Assembly (NCBI GenBank): GCA_965205215.1
Contig: OZ242041.1
Span: 2,016,001-2,080,000 of the forward strand
DNA length: 64,000 bases
Direction: 5' to 3'
Source of the DNA: Nitrosopumilus sp.
GTDB lineage: Archaea; Thermoproteota; Nitrososphaeria; Nitrososphaerales; Nitrosopumilaceae
Shown: piece by piece, positions 20,850 to 30,670 of the stretch
Position numbering within the stretch: position 1 is the first letter of the stretch
Layout of the letters: the number at the start of each line of letters is the position of its first letter
Translations under genes and position numbers: made by a program
Notes under the pieces: model-generated
The model's database searches: none
Seen by the model: the letters and a program-made list of their open reading frames with translations, nothing else
What the model was told of the DNA's origin: nothing

Positions 20850-21482
20850 TCAGGAATCGCCTCGATTGCGCATGTTGTCTATAGCTTTGGCGCTGTCAGT
20901 GAGGGTGCGTGCCAGAAACTGGGCGATGTCTGTAATTTCTGCTTCATAGTCAGGATGAAAATCTACGGCAAACCAGTCATCAAGGGCGCGTTTGGCATGG
21001 ACCTCCCCAAGATTCTCTAAATCATGCACAGGCTTGATAACGTATTCTTCCATTTTTTCTATGTATGATTCCTTGTCGGTCGCAGTACGCTCCTCCAACC
21101 AGATGGCGACTCGATCAATCAGCGCGTCGACTTCGCCCTCCGTGCCTCCTTCCTCCCTTGCAACATCCACAAGAAACCTTACCGTGTCAAGTGGAAGCAC
21201 CAGATAATGCCCATTTTTCTGCAAAAAAAACGCGACAAGTATGGCAGTCCGTTTGTTGCCGTCCGGAAACGGGTGTAGGCGCGTTATGCCCTCCAGATAG
21301 CACGCCGCCTTCCTGTAGATGGTGTCATATTTCACGCGTCCGTACAGTTGCATGTGTGGCTTTTCCGCTATCGCCTTGATCTTGCCCTCGTCAATCTTTC
21401 CTTCCGTTATGCCGTGCGGAAACTGCTATCGAACCACTTCGTGCAACGCCACAAGGCCCTGCTCTGTTATTTCCCTGTACAT
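20850..21482 (-). pseudogene. doc: Fic/Doc family toxin with in-frame TAG at codon 19
   Basis: HPFPDGNKRT Doc motif. From ATG at 21482: MYREITEQGLVALHEVVR*QFPHGITEG.... The frame continues into ORF 20850-21353. Confidence 0.85.
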
Positions 21483-21589
21483 CAGATTTCGGACAGTCGC
21501 TGAAAGACAGCCCTGTTTTCGTTTATCACCTTTTCTGCGATGGACTTTAGTTCCTTTATCTCTTCATCCTCACTCTGCTCGGTGGCCAT
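21482..21589 (-). CDS. 35-aa putative Doc antitoxin peptide
   Basis: MATEQSEDEEIKELKSIAEKVINENRAVFQRLSEI. TGATG overlap with the doc start. Resembles the C-terminal helices of Doc antidotes. Confidence 0.65.
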   Translation of the reverse strand: MATEQSEDEEIKELKSIAEKVINENRAVFQRLSEI

Positions 21590-21661
21590 TGTTTTGGATA
21601 AGACATCTTCGTTATTAAAATTAACTAAGGTCGGTTCCTGTGCGTTGCCGGATAAGAAGGA

Positions 21662-21801
21662 TCCGGCTTGGACGCAGGCGCCTCAGGAGGCAGATTTCCG
21701 CCGCGCCGTGACTGCACGCCCTGTCTTTGGGCACGGATTATAGCCACTTGGATTCGCGTGCTGGCAAGAGGCGGATCGGATCTCATAGACAGGGTTGGAG
21801 C
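21662..21801 (+). repeat. ~140-bp imperfect direct repeat, copy 2
   Basis: Ungapped alignment to 20637-20776. Confidence 0.9.
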
Positions 21802-21869
21802 CACCGCCGGATAACGCACGGGAACCGGCGGGCAAATAGATAAAATAGCCCGAGGCGTCGATCCCACGT

Positions 21870-22838
21870 ATGATATCACTATCGGGGCAGCGCGGTGACG
21901 CGGCCGGGGTCGTGCGCGACAAGTCCGGCTCTACGGACTCCATGCGGGGCACCGCCAGGCTGAAGCGCGGGTTCGCGCACATGCTCAAAAACGGGGTCGT
22001 CATGGACGTGACCAATGCGGAGCAGGCCAGAATAGCGGAGGAGGCGGGCGCCGTGTCGGTCATGGTGCTTGACAAGCTGCCCTCCGACGTCAGGCGCGCA
22101 GGCGGGGTCGCCCGCACGGCGAGCATCAAGGTCATAGAGGAGATCATGGACTCTGTTACGATACCCGTAATGGCAAAGTGCCGGATAGGGCACGTGGCCG
22201 AGGCCCGGGTGCTGGCATCCTGCAACGTCGACATGGTCGACGAGTCCGAGGTGCTCACGCCCGCCGACGAGTCACACCACATATGGAAGTGGGACTTTAC
22301 CACGCCGTTTGTAAACGGGGCGCGATCGCTTGCCGAGGCCCTCAGGCGCATAGAGGAGGGCGCTGCCATGATACGCACAAAGGGCGAGCCGGGAACCGGC
22401 AACGTGGCCGAGGCCGTCACGCACATCAAAAAGCTCAACGACGAGATGCGCGTCATAAGGGCGGTCAGGGACTCCGGGGATAAACAGGACATGATAAGGC
22501 TGGCCAGGGAGTTCCGCGTCTCGTACGACATGCTGGACCAGACTGCAAAGCTGGGAAGGCTGCCGGTCGTAAACTTTGCGGCCGGCGGCATCGCCACACC
22601 CGCGGACACGGCATACCTGATGTCGCTTGGATGCGACGGGATATTCGTCGGGTCCGGCATATTCAGTTCCGATGACGCGGCCGAGCGGGCGCGGTCCATA
22701 GTCATGGCGACCACGTACTGGGACGATCCCGACGTGGTGTGCGAGGCGCAGAAGATGATCGACGAGAGGCAGTCCATGCTGGGACTGGACGTAAAGACGC
22801 TTGACTTGCGCATGCAGGAGAGGGGGGCGTCGGCATGA
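21870..22838 (+). CDS. pdxS: Pyridoxal 5'-phosphate synthase lyase subunit
   Basis: [46 protein letters not shown]. Confidence 0.97.
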   Translation: MISLSGQRGDAAGVVRDKSGSTDSMRGTARLKRGFAHMLKNGVVMDVTNAEQARIAEEAGAVSVMVLDKLPSDVRRAGGVARTASIKVIEEIMDSVTIPVMAKCRIGHVAEARVLASCNVDMVDESEVLTPADESHHIWKWDFTTPFVNGARSLAEALRRIEEGAAMIRTKGEPGTGNVAEAVTHIKKLNDEMRVIRAVRDSGDKQDMIRLAREFRVSYDMLDQTAKLGRLPVVNFAAGGIATPADTAYLMSLGCDGIFVGSGIFSSDDAAERARSIVMATTYWDDPDVVCEAQKMIDERQSMLGLDVKTLDLRMQERGASA

Positions 22839-23596
22839 GCGACGGCGGCGGCGGCAGTAGCAGTGGTAGCGGCAACAGAAAAGGCGTCCGCATAGGGGTG
22901 CTTTCTATACAGGGCGACGTGGCAGAGAACGTGGCCGCCATATCAAGCGCGCTAAAGGCGCCGCGCGGCTTTGAGGACGACGCCGTGCTGCAGGTAAAGA
23001 CCGCCGGCGAGATAGCAGGGCTGGACGGACTCGTGATTCCGGGAGGCGAGAGCACCACAATCGGCAGGCTCTCCGCTGCAGGCGGCGTGCTTGACGCCAT
23101 ACGGGAAAGGGTCAACGGCGACGGCATGCCGGTCCTGGGCATATGCGCGGGACTGATCCTGCTTGCAAGATCAGCCGACGACCGGACGGTCGGAAGGCTC
23201 GACGGGCAGCCGCTCCTGGGGGTGCTCGACGTCGAGGTGCAGCGCAACGCCTTCGGGCGCCAGCGCCAGTCCTTTGAGGCCAAGCTGGACATCAGGCCGC
23301 TTGCGATATCAAACTTCAAGGGCGTCTTTATCCGGGCCCCCGTCGTGTGCGGGACGGGGCCTGACGTGGAGGCGCTCTGCGAGCTGCCGCCTAGCGCGGG
23401 CGACGGCGGTGGGGATGGCGAGAATAATGATAGTGGCGATACGGCCCCCGATGCCGGCGGCAACAGCCCGCGGCGCAGGATAGTAGCGGTCCGCAAGGGC
23501 GACATAATCGGCACGGCGTTCCACCCCGAGCTGTCCGGCGACCTTGCCGTGCACAAGTACTTTGTGGACGCGGTGCGGCGCAAAAGGCGCGGTTAA
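22835..23596 (+). CDS. pdxT: PLP synthase glutaminase subunit
   Basis: [33 protein letters not shown]. Confidence 0.97.
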   Translation: MSDGGGGSSSGSGNRKGVRIGVLSIQGDVAENVAAISSALKAPRGFEDDAVLQVKTAGEIAGLDGLVIPGGESTTIGRLSAAGGVLDAIRERVNGDGMPVLGICAGLILLARSADDRTVGRLDGQPLLGVLDVEVQRNAFGRQRQSFEAKLDIRPLAISNFKGVFIRAPVVCGTGPDVEALCELPPSAGDGGGDGENNDSGDTAPDAGGNSPRRRIVAVRKGDIIGTAFHPELSGDLAVHKYFVDAVRRKRRG

Positions 23597-26073
23597 CCAC
23601 TGTTTGTTATGTTGTGCATCGCCCTCAGGTCCCTCTCAAACGGCTTTAGGGCGTCCGGAATCTCCAATGCAATCCCGTCCTTTAGCGACAGGCTCTCGGA
23701 CTTTTTCCTGTTCCACACCATGGAGTTGAACTCTGTTATCGCCCTGGTGGTGGCGTCGTCACCGCCGTCGGGGCCGCCCGGTGCGGGCGCGCGGCCGGGC
23801 AGCGCCTCGAGGTGTATGCTCCTGCCGTCCGGCGCGGCGTACATCCTCTGCCACAAATACTCCGTGATGAACGGCGTGATGGGGGCAAGCAGCCTCAGTA
23901 TGGCCTGCAGCACGGCGTGGAGCGTCCGCACGGCCGCCCGCCGCTCCTCCTCGGAGAAGCCCATCCCGTACGCCCTCCCCTTCACCATCTCGATATAGTG
24001 CGCGGCAAACACGTTCCACGTAAACTCCCTGACCGCGATGGCGGGGGTGAAAAAGTTGTACTCCGAATACCCCCTGCGGCACCGCTCTACCAGCGCGTCA
24101 AGCTCCCCGAGTATCCACCGGTCCGTGTCCTGCAGGCTGTCGCGCGCCGGCTTGTCCTGCACCAGCAGGTCCGCGCCCTCGTCCCCCACGTCCGGGACCT
24201 CGAATGAGGACAGGAACCTGGAGACGTTCCACAGCTTGCTGAGGAACTTTTTTGCCGACTCTATCTTCTGCTCGCTGCACCTAAAGTCGTACCCGTGGTT
24301 CACCTCACTTGCGTTCCAGAACCGGAACGTGTCGGCCCCTAGCCTCTCTATCACAGGTAGAGGGTCTATCGCGTTGCCCTTGCTCTTGCTCATCTTCAGC
24401 CCATGCTCGTCAAGCCCGTACCCCATTATCCACGCCTCCGACCAGGGCGCCGTGCCGGTCATCTTGTCGCACCGCAGCAGCGTATAGTACAGCCAGGTCC
24501 TGACGATATCCTTTGCCTGGGGCCTGATGGAGGCCGGATACAGCCTCTCGAACCTGTCGTCCGCCCCGTCGCCGTCGTCGGCGGCGGCGCCCGCGTACCC
24601 GCATATGAACAGCGGCGATATGCTCGAGTCCATCCACGTGTCAAACGTGCGCTCCTCGCCGGCAAAGTCCGACGCCCCGCACTTGGGGCACTCCCGGGCG
24701 GGGCACTCCTCAGTCCAGGGCCTGTAGTACCTTCCGGGTTCCGGCACGTACGTGTCGCCGCACTTTTGGCAGCGCCATGCAGGAATCTCGGTGCCGTAGT
24801 AGCGGCGCCTCGATATGGGCCAGTCCATGCTTATGGACTCGAGCCAGTTGAACAGGACCTGCTTGTGCATGGGGGGATGGAAGGTTATCTTCTCTGCCAT
24901 CTCCCTGATCCTGTCCGTGTAGTCCATCTGCTTCATGTAGTACTCCTCCATCGGGATTATCTCTATGGGGTTCCTGCTCCTCTCCGCCACCGGGGTACGG
25001 TGCGTGATCTCCTCCACCCTGCTGATGATGTCTCCGGACCCTTGCATGTCCTCGATGATCTTGGCCCTCGCCTGTTTTGGCCTGAGGCCCGCGTAGGGGC
25101 CCGCGGCGTCGGCCATGCGGCCGTCGAGGCCGATGGCGGCCACCTCCTCGAGCCCCAGCTCCCGGAACAGCGCCACGTCGTTCTGGTCGCCATAGCTGCA
25201 CACCATCACGGCGCCCGACCCGAACTCGGCCCTTGCCGAGTGGTGCTCCAGTATGGGCACCTTCTGGTTCGTAACGGGCACCGTAACGGTCCGGCCCGCG
25301 CATCCCGAGTACCTCTCGTCGTCGGCGTTCACTATCACGGCCCTGCAGGCGCACAGCAGCTCGGGCCTGGTGCTCGCGACTATGATGTGGTCTTCTCCGT
25401 CCTCCCGCGGGGCCTCGAGTTTGAACCTCATGTGCACGAGCTTTGCGGGCATCTCGACGTACGCGATCTCCGCGTCCGCTATGGTGGTGCCGGACACCCA
25501 GTCGTAGTTGTTGGGCCTGTTTGCCAGGTAGACGTCCCCGTTGCGCCACATTTTGATGAACGTGGCCTGCGTGAGCGCCCTGTACTGGGGCGTGTCGGTG
25601 CGGTACCTGTTGGACGTGTCGCCGCTGAGCCCCAGCCCGTCCATTATCTGGACCATCTCGGCCTCCAGCTCGTCAAGCGAGTCGCTGCACATCTCCAGGA
25701 ACTTGGTGCGGCCAGTCTCCCGCATCCGGATGTTGTGCTTTTTCTCCGTGTATATCTCGACTGGCAGCCCGTTTCGGTCTATCCCTATTGGAAAGTAGAC
25801 GTTCTTGCCGGACATGCGGGCGGTGCGGGCTATCATGTCTATCTGCGAATAGTGGGCCGCGGCCCCGATGTGCCAGGGCCTGCCCGACGGGTACGGGGGC
25901 GGCGTGTCGATAGTATAGTTGCGGCCCTTCTCCTGCAGGGTGAACCTGTAGGTGTCCTCTTGCTGCCACTTTCTTCGTATCTCCGACTCGAGCCCCGGGT
26001 TCCAGGCCTTTTCTGTTATTGCGGGGGCCCTCCTGCCGTTGTCGCCCCCGTCGCCGTCACTGCCTCCGCTCAT
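23593..26073 (-). CDS. valS: Valyl-tRNA synthetase
   Basis: IDTPPPYPSG..HIG, DW.ISR, DTWMDSS, KMSKSKGN. Confidence 0.96.
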   Translation of the reverse strand: MSGGSDGDGGDNGRRAPAITEKAWNPGLESEIRRKWQQEDTYRFTLQEKGRNYTIDTPPPYPSGRPWHIGAAAHYSQIDMIARTARMSGKNVYFPIGIDRNGLPVEIYTEKKHNIRMRETGRTKFLEMCSDSLDELEAEMVQIMDGLGLSGDTSNRYRTDTPQYRALTQATFIKMWRNGDVYLANRPNNYDWVSGTTIADAEIAYVEMPAKLVHMRFKLEAPREDGEDHIIVASTRPELLCACRAVIVNADDERYSGCAGRTVTVPVTNQKVPILEHHSARAEFGSGAVMVCSYGDQNDVALFRELGLEEVAAIGLDGRMADAAGPYAGLRPKQARAKIIEDMQGSGDIISRVEEITHRTPVAERSRNPIEIIPMEEYYMKQMDYTDRIREMAEKITFHPPMHKQVLFNWLESISMDWPISRRRYYGTEIPAWRCQKCGDTYVPEPGRYYRPWTEECPARECPKCGASDFAGEERTFDTWMDSSISPLFICGYAGAAADDGDGADDRFERLYPASIRPQAKDIVRTWLYYTLLRCDKMTGTAPWSEAWIMGYGLDEHGLKMSKSKGNAIDPLPVIERLGADTFRFWNASEVNHGYDFRCSEQKIESAKKFLSKLWNVSRFLSSFEVPDVGDEGADLLVQDKPARDSLQDTDRWILGELDALVERCRRGYSEYNFFTPAIAVREFTWNVFAAHYIEMVKGRAYGMGFSEEERRAAVRTLHAVLQAILRLLAPITPFITEYLWQRMYAAPDGRSIHLEALPGRAPAPGGPDGGDDATTRAITEFNSMVWNRKKSESLSLKDGIALEIPDALKPFERDLRAMHNITNSG

Positions 26074-26999
26074 TGCGCAATGTCCCTGATCTTTGTTATG
26101 ATGTGGGAGCCCTTGTTGTATCCCTCGTATATGTAGACGCCGACTGCCTCCACGTTTGGCGGCATCTTTGGCGCAAGCAGCCTGATCAGCTCCGTCGCCA
26201 GGTTCTCCACGGTCGCCTCGCCCTGTAACAGGTACGTCGTGTCCTTTGGCACCTGCAGGTCGAACCTGCCCCGCGGGCCGTCGAACCTTATCGTATAGTG
26301 TGCGTCGTCCCGCCCCGCCACGTACCTCTCGTTTATGAAGAACTTGTGGTCAAACACGGACACCGCCTCCCTTATGATCTCCTTTGCCACCCCAAAGTCA
26401 ACCAGCAGGTTGTCCTTCATCTGCCCGACCAGCTCGACCATCACAGACGACGTGTGGCCGTGCAGTATTGAGCACTTTTCGACGAGTGGCAGTATGTGGG
26501 CATAGTCAAACGAGAACGAGGGATCCTCCAGGAATATGGAGCCCGTCTGGGGCGCCTTGTTGTCATAGCATATGATGTCGCCAATCTCGCTTATGCGCGC
26601 CACGTTCCTGGCCCCCCCTATTGCCATGATCCGCGTGCCGGACGACGCAGTCGAGGGGTGGGATCTCACCATCTCATACTTGGCAAGATCGTCCTCGCCG
26701 TCTACCACCTCTATGAGGCCTTTGTCGGTCTTAAAGTCGATACGTACCGTCCGGCCCTTGCCGTCGCCCAAGTCCATGGCGTGCCCGTACTCGTACGCGA
26801 TGCCGAGAAAGTCCAGCATCTGGGACACGGCAAGCTCCGTCCTGCTCTTCATCATGTTCCCCTTCCCGTCCACGTACACAAAGTCCGAGTCGAGTATCTG
26901 GGACTGGTCGGCGGGGGGCGGCCGCGACGGGCGCGTTGACGGCGGAGATGCCGGCGATGGTGCGGCAGACGGCGTCGAGTCCATAATACCGTGCCCCAC
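26070..26999 (-). CDS. queD: 6-carboxytetrahydropterin synthase with extra N-terminal domain
   Basis: YAH, CSILHGH, VDFG..K, DHKF, TVENLA. Confidence 0.85.
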   Translation of the reverse strand: MGHGIMDSTPSAAPSPASPPSTRPSRPPPADQSQILDSDFVYVDGKGNMMKSRTELAVSQMLDFLGIAYEYGHAMDLGDGKGRTVRIDFKTDKGLIEVVDGEDDLAKYEMVRSHPSTASSGTRIMAIGGARNVARISEIGDIICYDNKAPQTGSIFLEDPSFSFDYAHILPLVEKCSILHGHTSSVMVELVGQMKDNLLVDFGVAKEIIREAVSVFDHKFFINERYVAGRDDAHYTIRFDGPRGRFDLQVPKDTTYLLQGEATVENLATELIRLLAPKMPPNVEAVGVYIYEGYNKGSHIITKIRDIAQ

Positions 27000-27184
27000 A
27001 CGAGTTCGTTATAAATTCTATAAACGGGCGGCTCTCAAAGCCGCGGCGCAACAGGTCGTCCCCTCCCCAAACCGGACTGCCTAGATCCGTCTTACCGGCA
27101 TCAGGATTCCAGAGTCCATGCGTGGGGTGCAAGAGAGTGTGAGGGTGGAGCAAACAGCTACATGGAGCTGGAGAGCAGTCCGGC

Positions 27185-27469
27185 CTATGCAATCAGCGAG
27201 TCAAGCACCCTTGCCAGGTTGATGTCGTTTGACGTGATGCCCCCCGCGTCGTGGGTGGTCAGGTCTATGGTCAGCCTGTTGTACACGTTGAGCCATTCGG
27301 GATGGTGGTTTGCCTTTTCGATCTCCATTGCGGCCCTCGTCATGAATCCGAACGCGGCGTTGAACGTGTCAAACAGGTATTCCTTGTGGAGTTTGCCGTT
27401 GACGACCTCCCATCCGGCCATGCCGCTTGTCGCATTCATTATCTCTTCTTCGGACAGCACGGCAGGCAT
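27185..27469 (-). CDS. Pterin-4-alpha-carbinolamine dehydratase
   Basis: NHHPEW.NVYN, LTTHDAGGIT..D..LA. Confidence 0.95.
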   Translation of the reverse strand: MPAVLSEEEIMNATSGMAGWEVVNGKLHKEYLFDTFNAAFGFMTRAAMEIEKANHHPEWLNVYNRLTIDLTTHDAGGITSNDINLARVLDSLIA

Positions 27470-27642
27470 GACATCCAGTGCCGCATGACAGTTAAATGGA
27501 TTGCGGATGCACGTTTCTATGCGGATTCATAATCTCGAACCCTCAAACCAATCCCGCAAATAGTATGACGCCAATCGACCGTGTTTTCCAGAGGCTGCTC
27601 CGCTCAATCTTATATACTGCCATATACAAGGATATGCACAAC

Positions 27643-27873
27643 ATGACTGCAACCACTGTGAGGATCGACGCCGAGACAAAAGCGCTAATCTCAGATAGAA
27701 AGAACCACCCCCGGGAGTCATTGGAGGATGTCATAAAAAGAATGATAGCAGTCTATGACATGGATCGCCACTTGAGTGACGACGAGCTTAAAGCGGTCGA
27801 ACTGGGAATGCGAGACGTTCGGACGGGGAGAACCATATCCGGTGCGGATCTGAGGAAAAAATTAGGGCTGTGA
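27643..27873 (+). CDS. Antitoxin (RHH-like N-terminus)
   Basis: ATTVRID..TK, RES.EDVI.R, GRTIS...LRKKLGL. Directly upstream of the RelE gene. Confidence 0.85.
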   Translation: MTATTVRIDAETKALISDRKNHPRESLEDVIKRMIAVYDMDRHLSDDELKAVELGMRDVRTGRTISGADLRKKLGL

Positions 27874-27877
27874 CGCA

Positions 27878-28150
27878 TTGGCATGGGATGTCGTTTATAC
27901 CAAACAAGCTGCAAACAGTCTGGGAAGAATAGCCAAAAGTGACAAAAAAATGGCAGCCCGCATAATGGACCGCATCGACGAGGTTGCAAAACAGGATCCA
28001 TACGCGTCTACGATGCGCCTATCCGGGGTGCCATTACACAGGCTGCGCGTGGGGGATTACAGAGCAATACTGGATTTACAAAATGGATTGATGAGAGTTT
28101 ATGTGATAATGGTCGACAAGCGAGCACGATCCTATAGAGAACTCCGATGA
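27878..28150 (+). CDS. RelE/ParE family toxin
   Basis: W.V.YTKQA...L, RLRVGDYRAI, V..R...YR. Confidence 0.92.
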   Translation: MAWDVVYTKQAANSLGRIAKSDKKMAARIMDRIDEVAKQDPYASTMRLSGVPLHRLRVGDYRAILDLQNGLMRVYVIMVDKRARSYRELR

Positions 28151-28156
28151 CGGGCG

Positions 28157-29089
28157 ATGATCAAGGCGATGGACGAGGCATGCCGTACGATACTTGACAC
28201 CATGCAGCTCTCAATACGCGACGCCCTGGGCGAACCAAGCGCGGGCGGCCGCATAGGCGTCGCCTTTTCAGGCGGGGTCGACAGCACGCTACTTGCAACC
28301 GTGTGCGACGCGATGGGATACGACATCGCGCTCCTGACCGTCGGGTTTGAAGGGTCACATGACATGGAGTTTGCCCGCGTCGTCGCGTCGGAGATGCCGC
28401 ACATGAGGGAGCGCCACCGCACGCTGACTATCGGAGACACGCCAGACTTTGCCGACGCATACGAGTCGGTGCGAGACGTGATACGCACGGACGACCTCTC
28501 ATGGATAGAGAACTCTGTGGCCTTTTACCACATATTCCGCCTAGCGCGCACCATACCGGTTGACGTCGTGCTGACGGCAAACGGGATCGACGAGCTGTTC
28601 TGCGGGTATGACGCGTACAGGCGCGCGCTGCACGAACGTAGCAATGGCGGTGACAATGCTGCAGGTGACGCTGCTGCAGGTGACGGCCGCAGCCCTCCTG
28701 CAGATACCAATACGGATTACGCCGTCACGGCTACATACAGCCCCGCCCAAACCGGCAGCAACGTCGAGGACGTCATTTATGAAATAATGCGCCAAAAGCT
28801 GGACAACGAGCTGCGCATGATGCGCGCGATCGACAAGGTGGCGTCCCTGTGCGGCGTGTCCGTGCTCCAGCCGCTCCTAAGCAAAGGGTTCTGCAGGGCC
28901 GCATACGGCATACCGCTCCCCGAGAAGATACGTGGGCCCTTCGACATGTACCGCAAGCACGTGATAAGGCGTCTTGCCGGCGCAGTGGGTGTGCCCCGCA
29001 CGTCATACCAAAAGAGGAAAAAGGCCATGCAGTACGGATCCGGGATCCACAAGGCCGTCCTCAGGATCAGAAAGAGGCCCGCCGCCTGA
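28157..29089 (+). CDS. Asparagine synthase C-terminal-domain ATP pyrophosphatase
   Basis: VAFSGGVDS, TANGIDELFCGY, RKKKAMQYGSG. Confidence 0.85.
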   Translation: MIKAMDEACRTILDTMQLSIRDALGEPSAGGRIGVAFSGGVDSTLLATVCDAMGYDIALLTVGFEGSHDMEFARVVASEMPHMRERHRTLTIGDTPDFADAYESVRDVIRTDDLSWIENSVAFYHIFRLARTIPVDVVLTANGIDELFCGYDAYRRALHERSNGGDNAAGDAAAGDGRSPPADTNTDYAVTATYSPAQTGSNVEDVIYEIMRQKLDNELRMMRAIDKVASLCGVSVLQPLLSKGFCRAAYGIPLPEKIRGPFDMYRKHVIRRLAGAVGVPRTSYQKRKKAMQYGSGIHKAVLRIRKRPAA

Positions 29090-30434
29090 CCCTGCCCCGC
29101 ACCATCCTGCCCACGCCGGATATTATCCGGGAAGACGCGCCCAGGTGCCTTGCGGGGTCGAATATGCGGTCCACCTCCCGCGGATCCAGTATGGCTGAAG
29201 TCGTTTTGTCCATCTTTATGGCCTCGTCGTACGGCGTGCCGGTCCGGCTTGCCTCAAACGCGACCCTCTGCACGGCCTCGTACGCCGTGATCCGCGGCAC
29301 TCCCTTCCTAATCATGGCCTCCAGCACAAACTCTGCAAATATCTGGCCCCCCGTGGCGCCAAGGTTGCCGCGTATACGGCCGGTGTCGACGCTCAGGTTC
29401 TGCACCACCCGCAGCATCGTGCGCAGCATCTCGTCGGCGAGGATGGATACGGTAGGTATGACAAACCGCTCGTTTGCCGAGTTTGACAGGTCGCGCTCGT
29501 GCCACAGCGGTATGTTGTCCATGGATATGCCGATCTGCCCCTTGAGGATCCGGGCAAGGGACGTTATGCGCTCGCTCTTTATCGGGTTGCGCTTGACTGG
29601 GACGGCGCTGCTTCCCATCTGGCCCTTCCTGAAGGACTCGGCCACTTCGCCTATCTCCGTCCTCTGGAGGTTTCTGATCTCGACTGCAATCTTCTCAAGC
29701 GTCGCGCCGATCAGCGCCGCGCCGAACACGTACTCGGCGTACCTCTCCCTCGGCACGATCTGGGTCGCCACCATAATCGGGTGCAGTCCGAGCGTGCGGG
29801 CCACCCTCCTCTGCACGTCGGGCGCCCTCCTTCCCATCAGGGAGCCGGTTCCAACCACCCCCAGCGTCTTGCATACCAGTATCCTTTCTTTCATCTCGTT
29901 CATCCTGTCCATGTGGGCCGCCATCTCGGCCGCCCAGTTTGCAAACTTTAGCCCGAACGACACTATGCTTGCATGCTGCCCGTGGGTCCTGCCGACTGCC
30001 GGGACATCGGCGTACCTTGCCGCCATGTCCGCCAGCACGGATGCCAGCTTGGCGGCCTTGGGATACATGATGTTCATGGCATCGCGCATCAGCATCGAGT
30101 TGCTGGTGTCGACCAGATCGTTGCTTGTAAGCCCGTAGTGAATCCAGGGCCTGGCGTGCTCGGGGCATATCCGGCCCAGCGCCTCCACCAGCGCGGCCGT
30201 GTCGTGGTCGCGCTTTGCCTCCAGCGCGGCCACGCGCCTTGCGGGTACGGCCCCGGGCCTGGCGGCCCTCCTGATTGCCGAGGCCGCCCTCCTCGGTATC
30301 ATGCCGATCTCGCCCTGCGCCGAGGCGACCGCGGCCTCTATCAGCACCTGGCAGTCTATCTTGTTCTGGCCCCCAAACACGGCCTTCATCTCGTCGGTGC
30401 CGTACCGTCCGTCGTCGATCGGGAGGATGGCCAT
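29067..30434 (-). CDS. purB: Adenylosuccinate lyase
   Basis: HYGLTSND, GRTHGQHA, GSSAVPVKRNP, HERDLSNS. Confidence 0.96.
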   Translation of the reverse strand: MAILPIDDGRYGTDEMKAVFGGQNKIDCQVLIEAAVASAQGEIGMIPRRAASAIRRAARPGAVPARRVAALEAKRDHDTAALVEALGRICPEHARPWIHYGLTSNDLVDTSNSMLMRDAMNIMYPKAAKLASVLADMAARYADVPAVGRTHGQHASIVSFGLKFANWAAEMAAHMDRMNEMKERILVCKTLGVVGTGSLMGRRAPDVQRRVARTLGLHPIMVATQIVPRERYAEYVFGAALIGATLEKIAVEIRNLQRTEIGEVAESFRKGQMGSSAVPVKRNPIKSERITSLARILKGQIGISMDNIPLWHERDLSNSANERFVIPTVSILADEMLRTMLRVVQNLSVDTGRIRGNLGATGGQIFAEFVLEAMIRKGVPRITAYEAVQRVAFEASRTGTPYDEAIKMDKTTSAILDPREVDRIFDPARHLGASSRIISGVGRMVRGRVRRRASF

Positions 30435-30670
30435 CGCGTCGCGTATCATGCGTTTCAAAATAAATCCTTTCTTGGCGACATTTTGTGACATGCGGGGCCC
30501 GGGATGACCGGCAGTCCTCCCGAATGGGCGCGCATAGCCGTGCCGGTAGCGCGCCGAGCGGCCCTGCGGTGGATGGAAGGGGAGAAGTTGGAAGCAGGAA
30601 CGAGGCGCCTGCAGGGCCGGCCGGATGCCGACCTTAGGATTTAAAATGCCATTGCCCGTTTTGCAGGTAA

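Noticed and set aside
21426-21428. Pyrrolysine readthrough of the doc TAG
   Set aside because: No pyl genes in the window and none expected in this lineage. A nonsense mutation is simpler.
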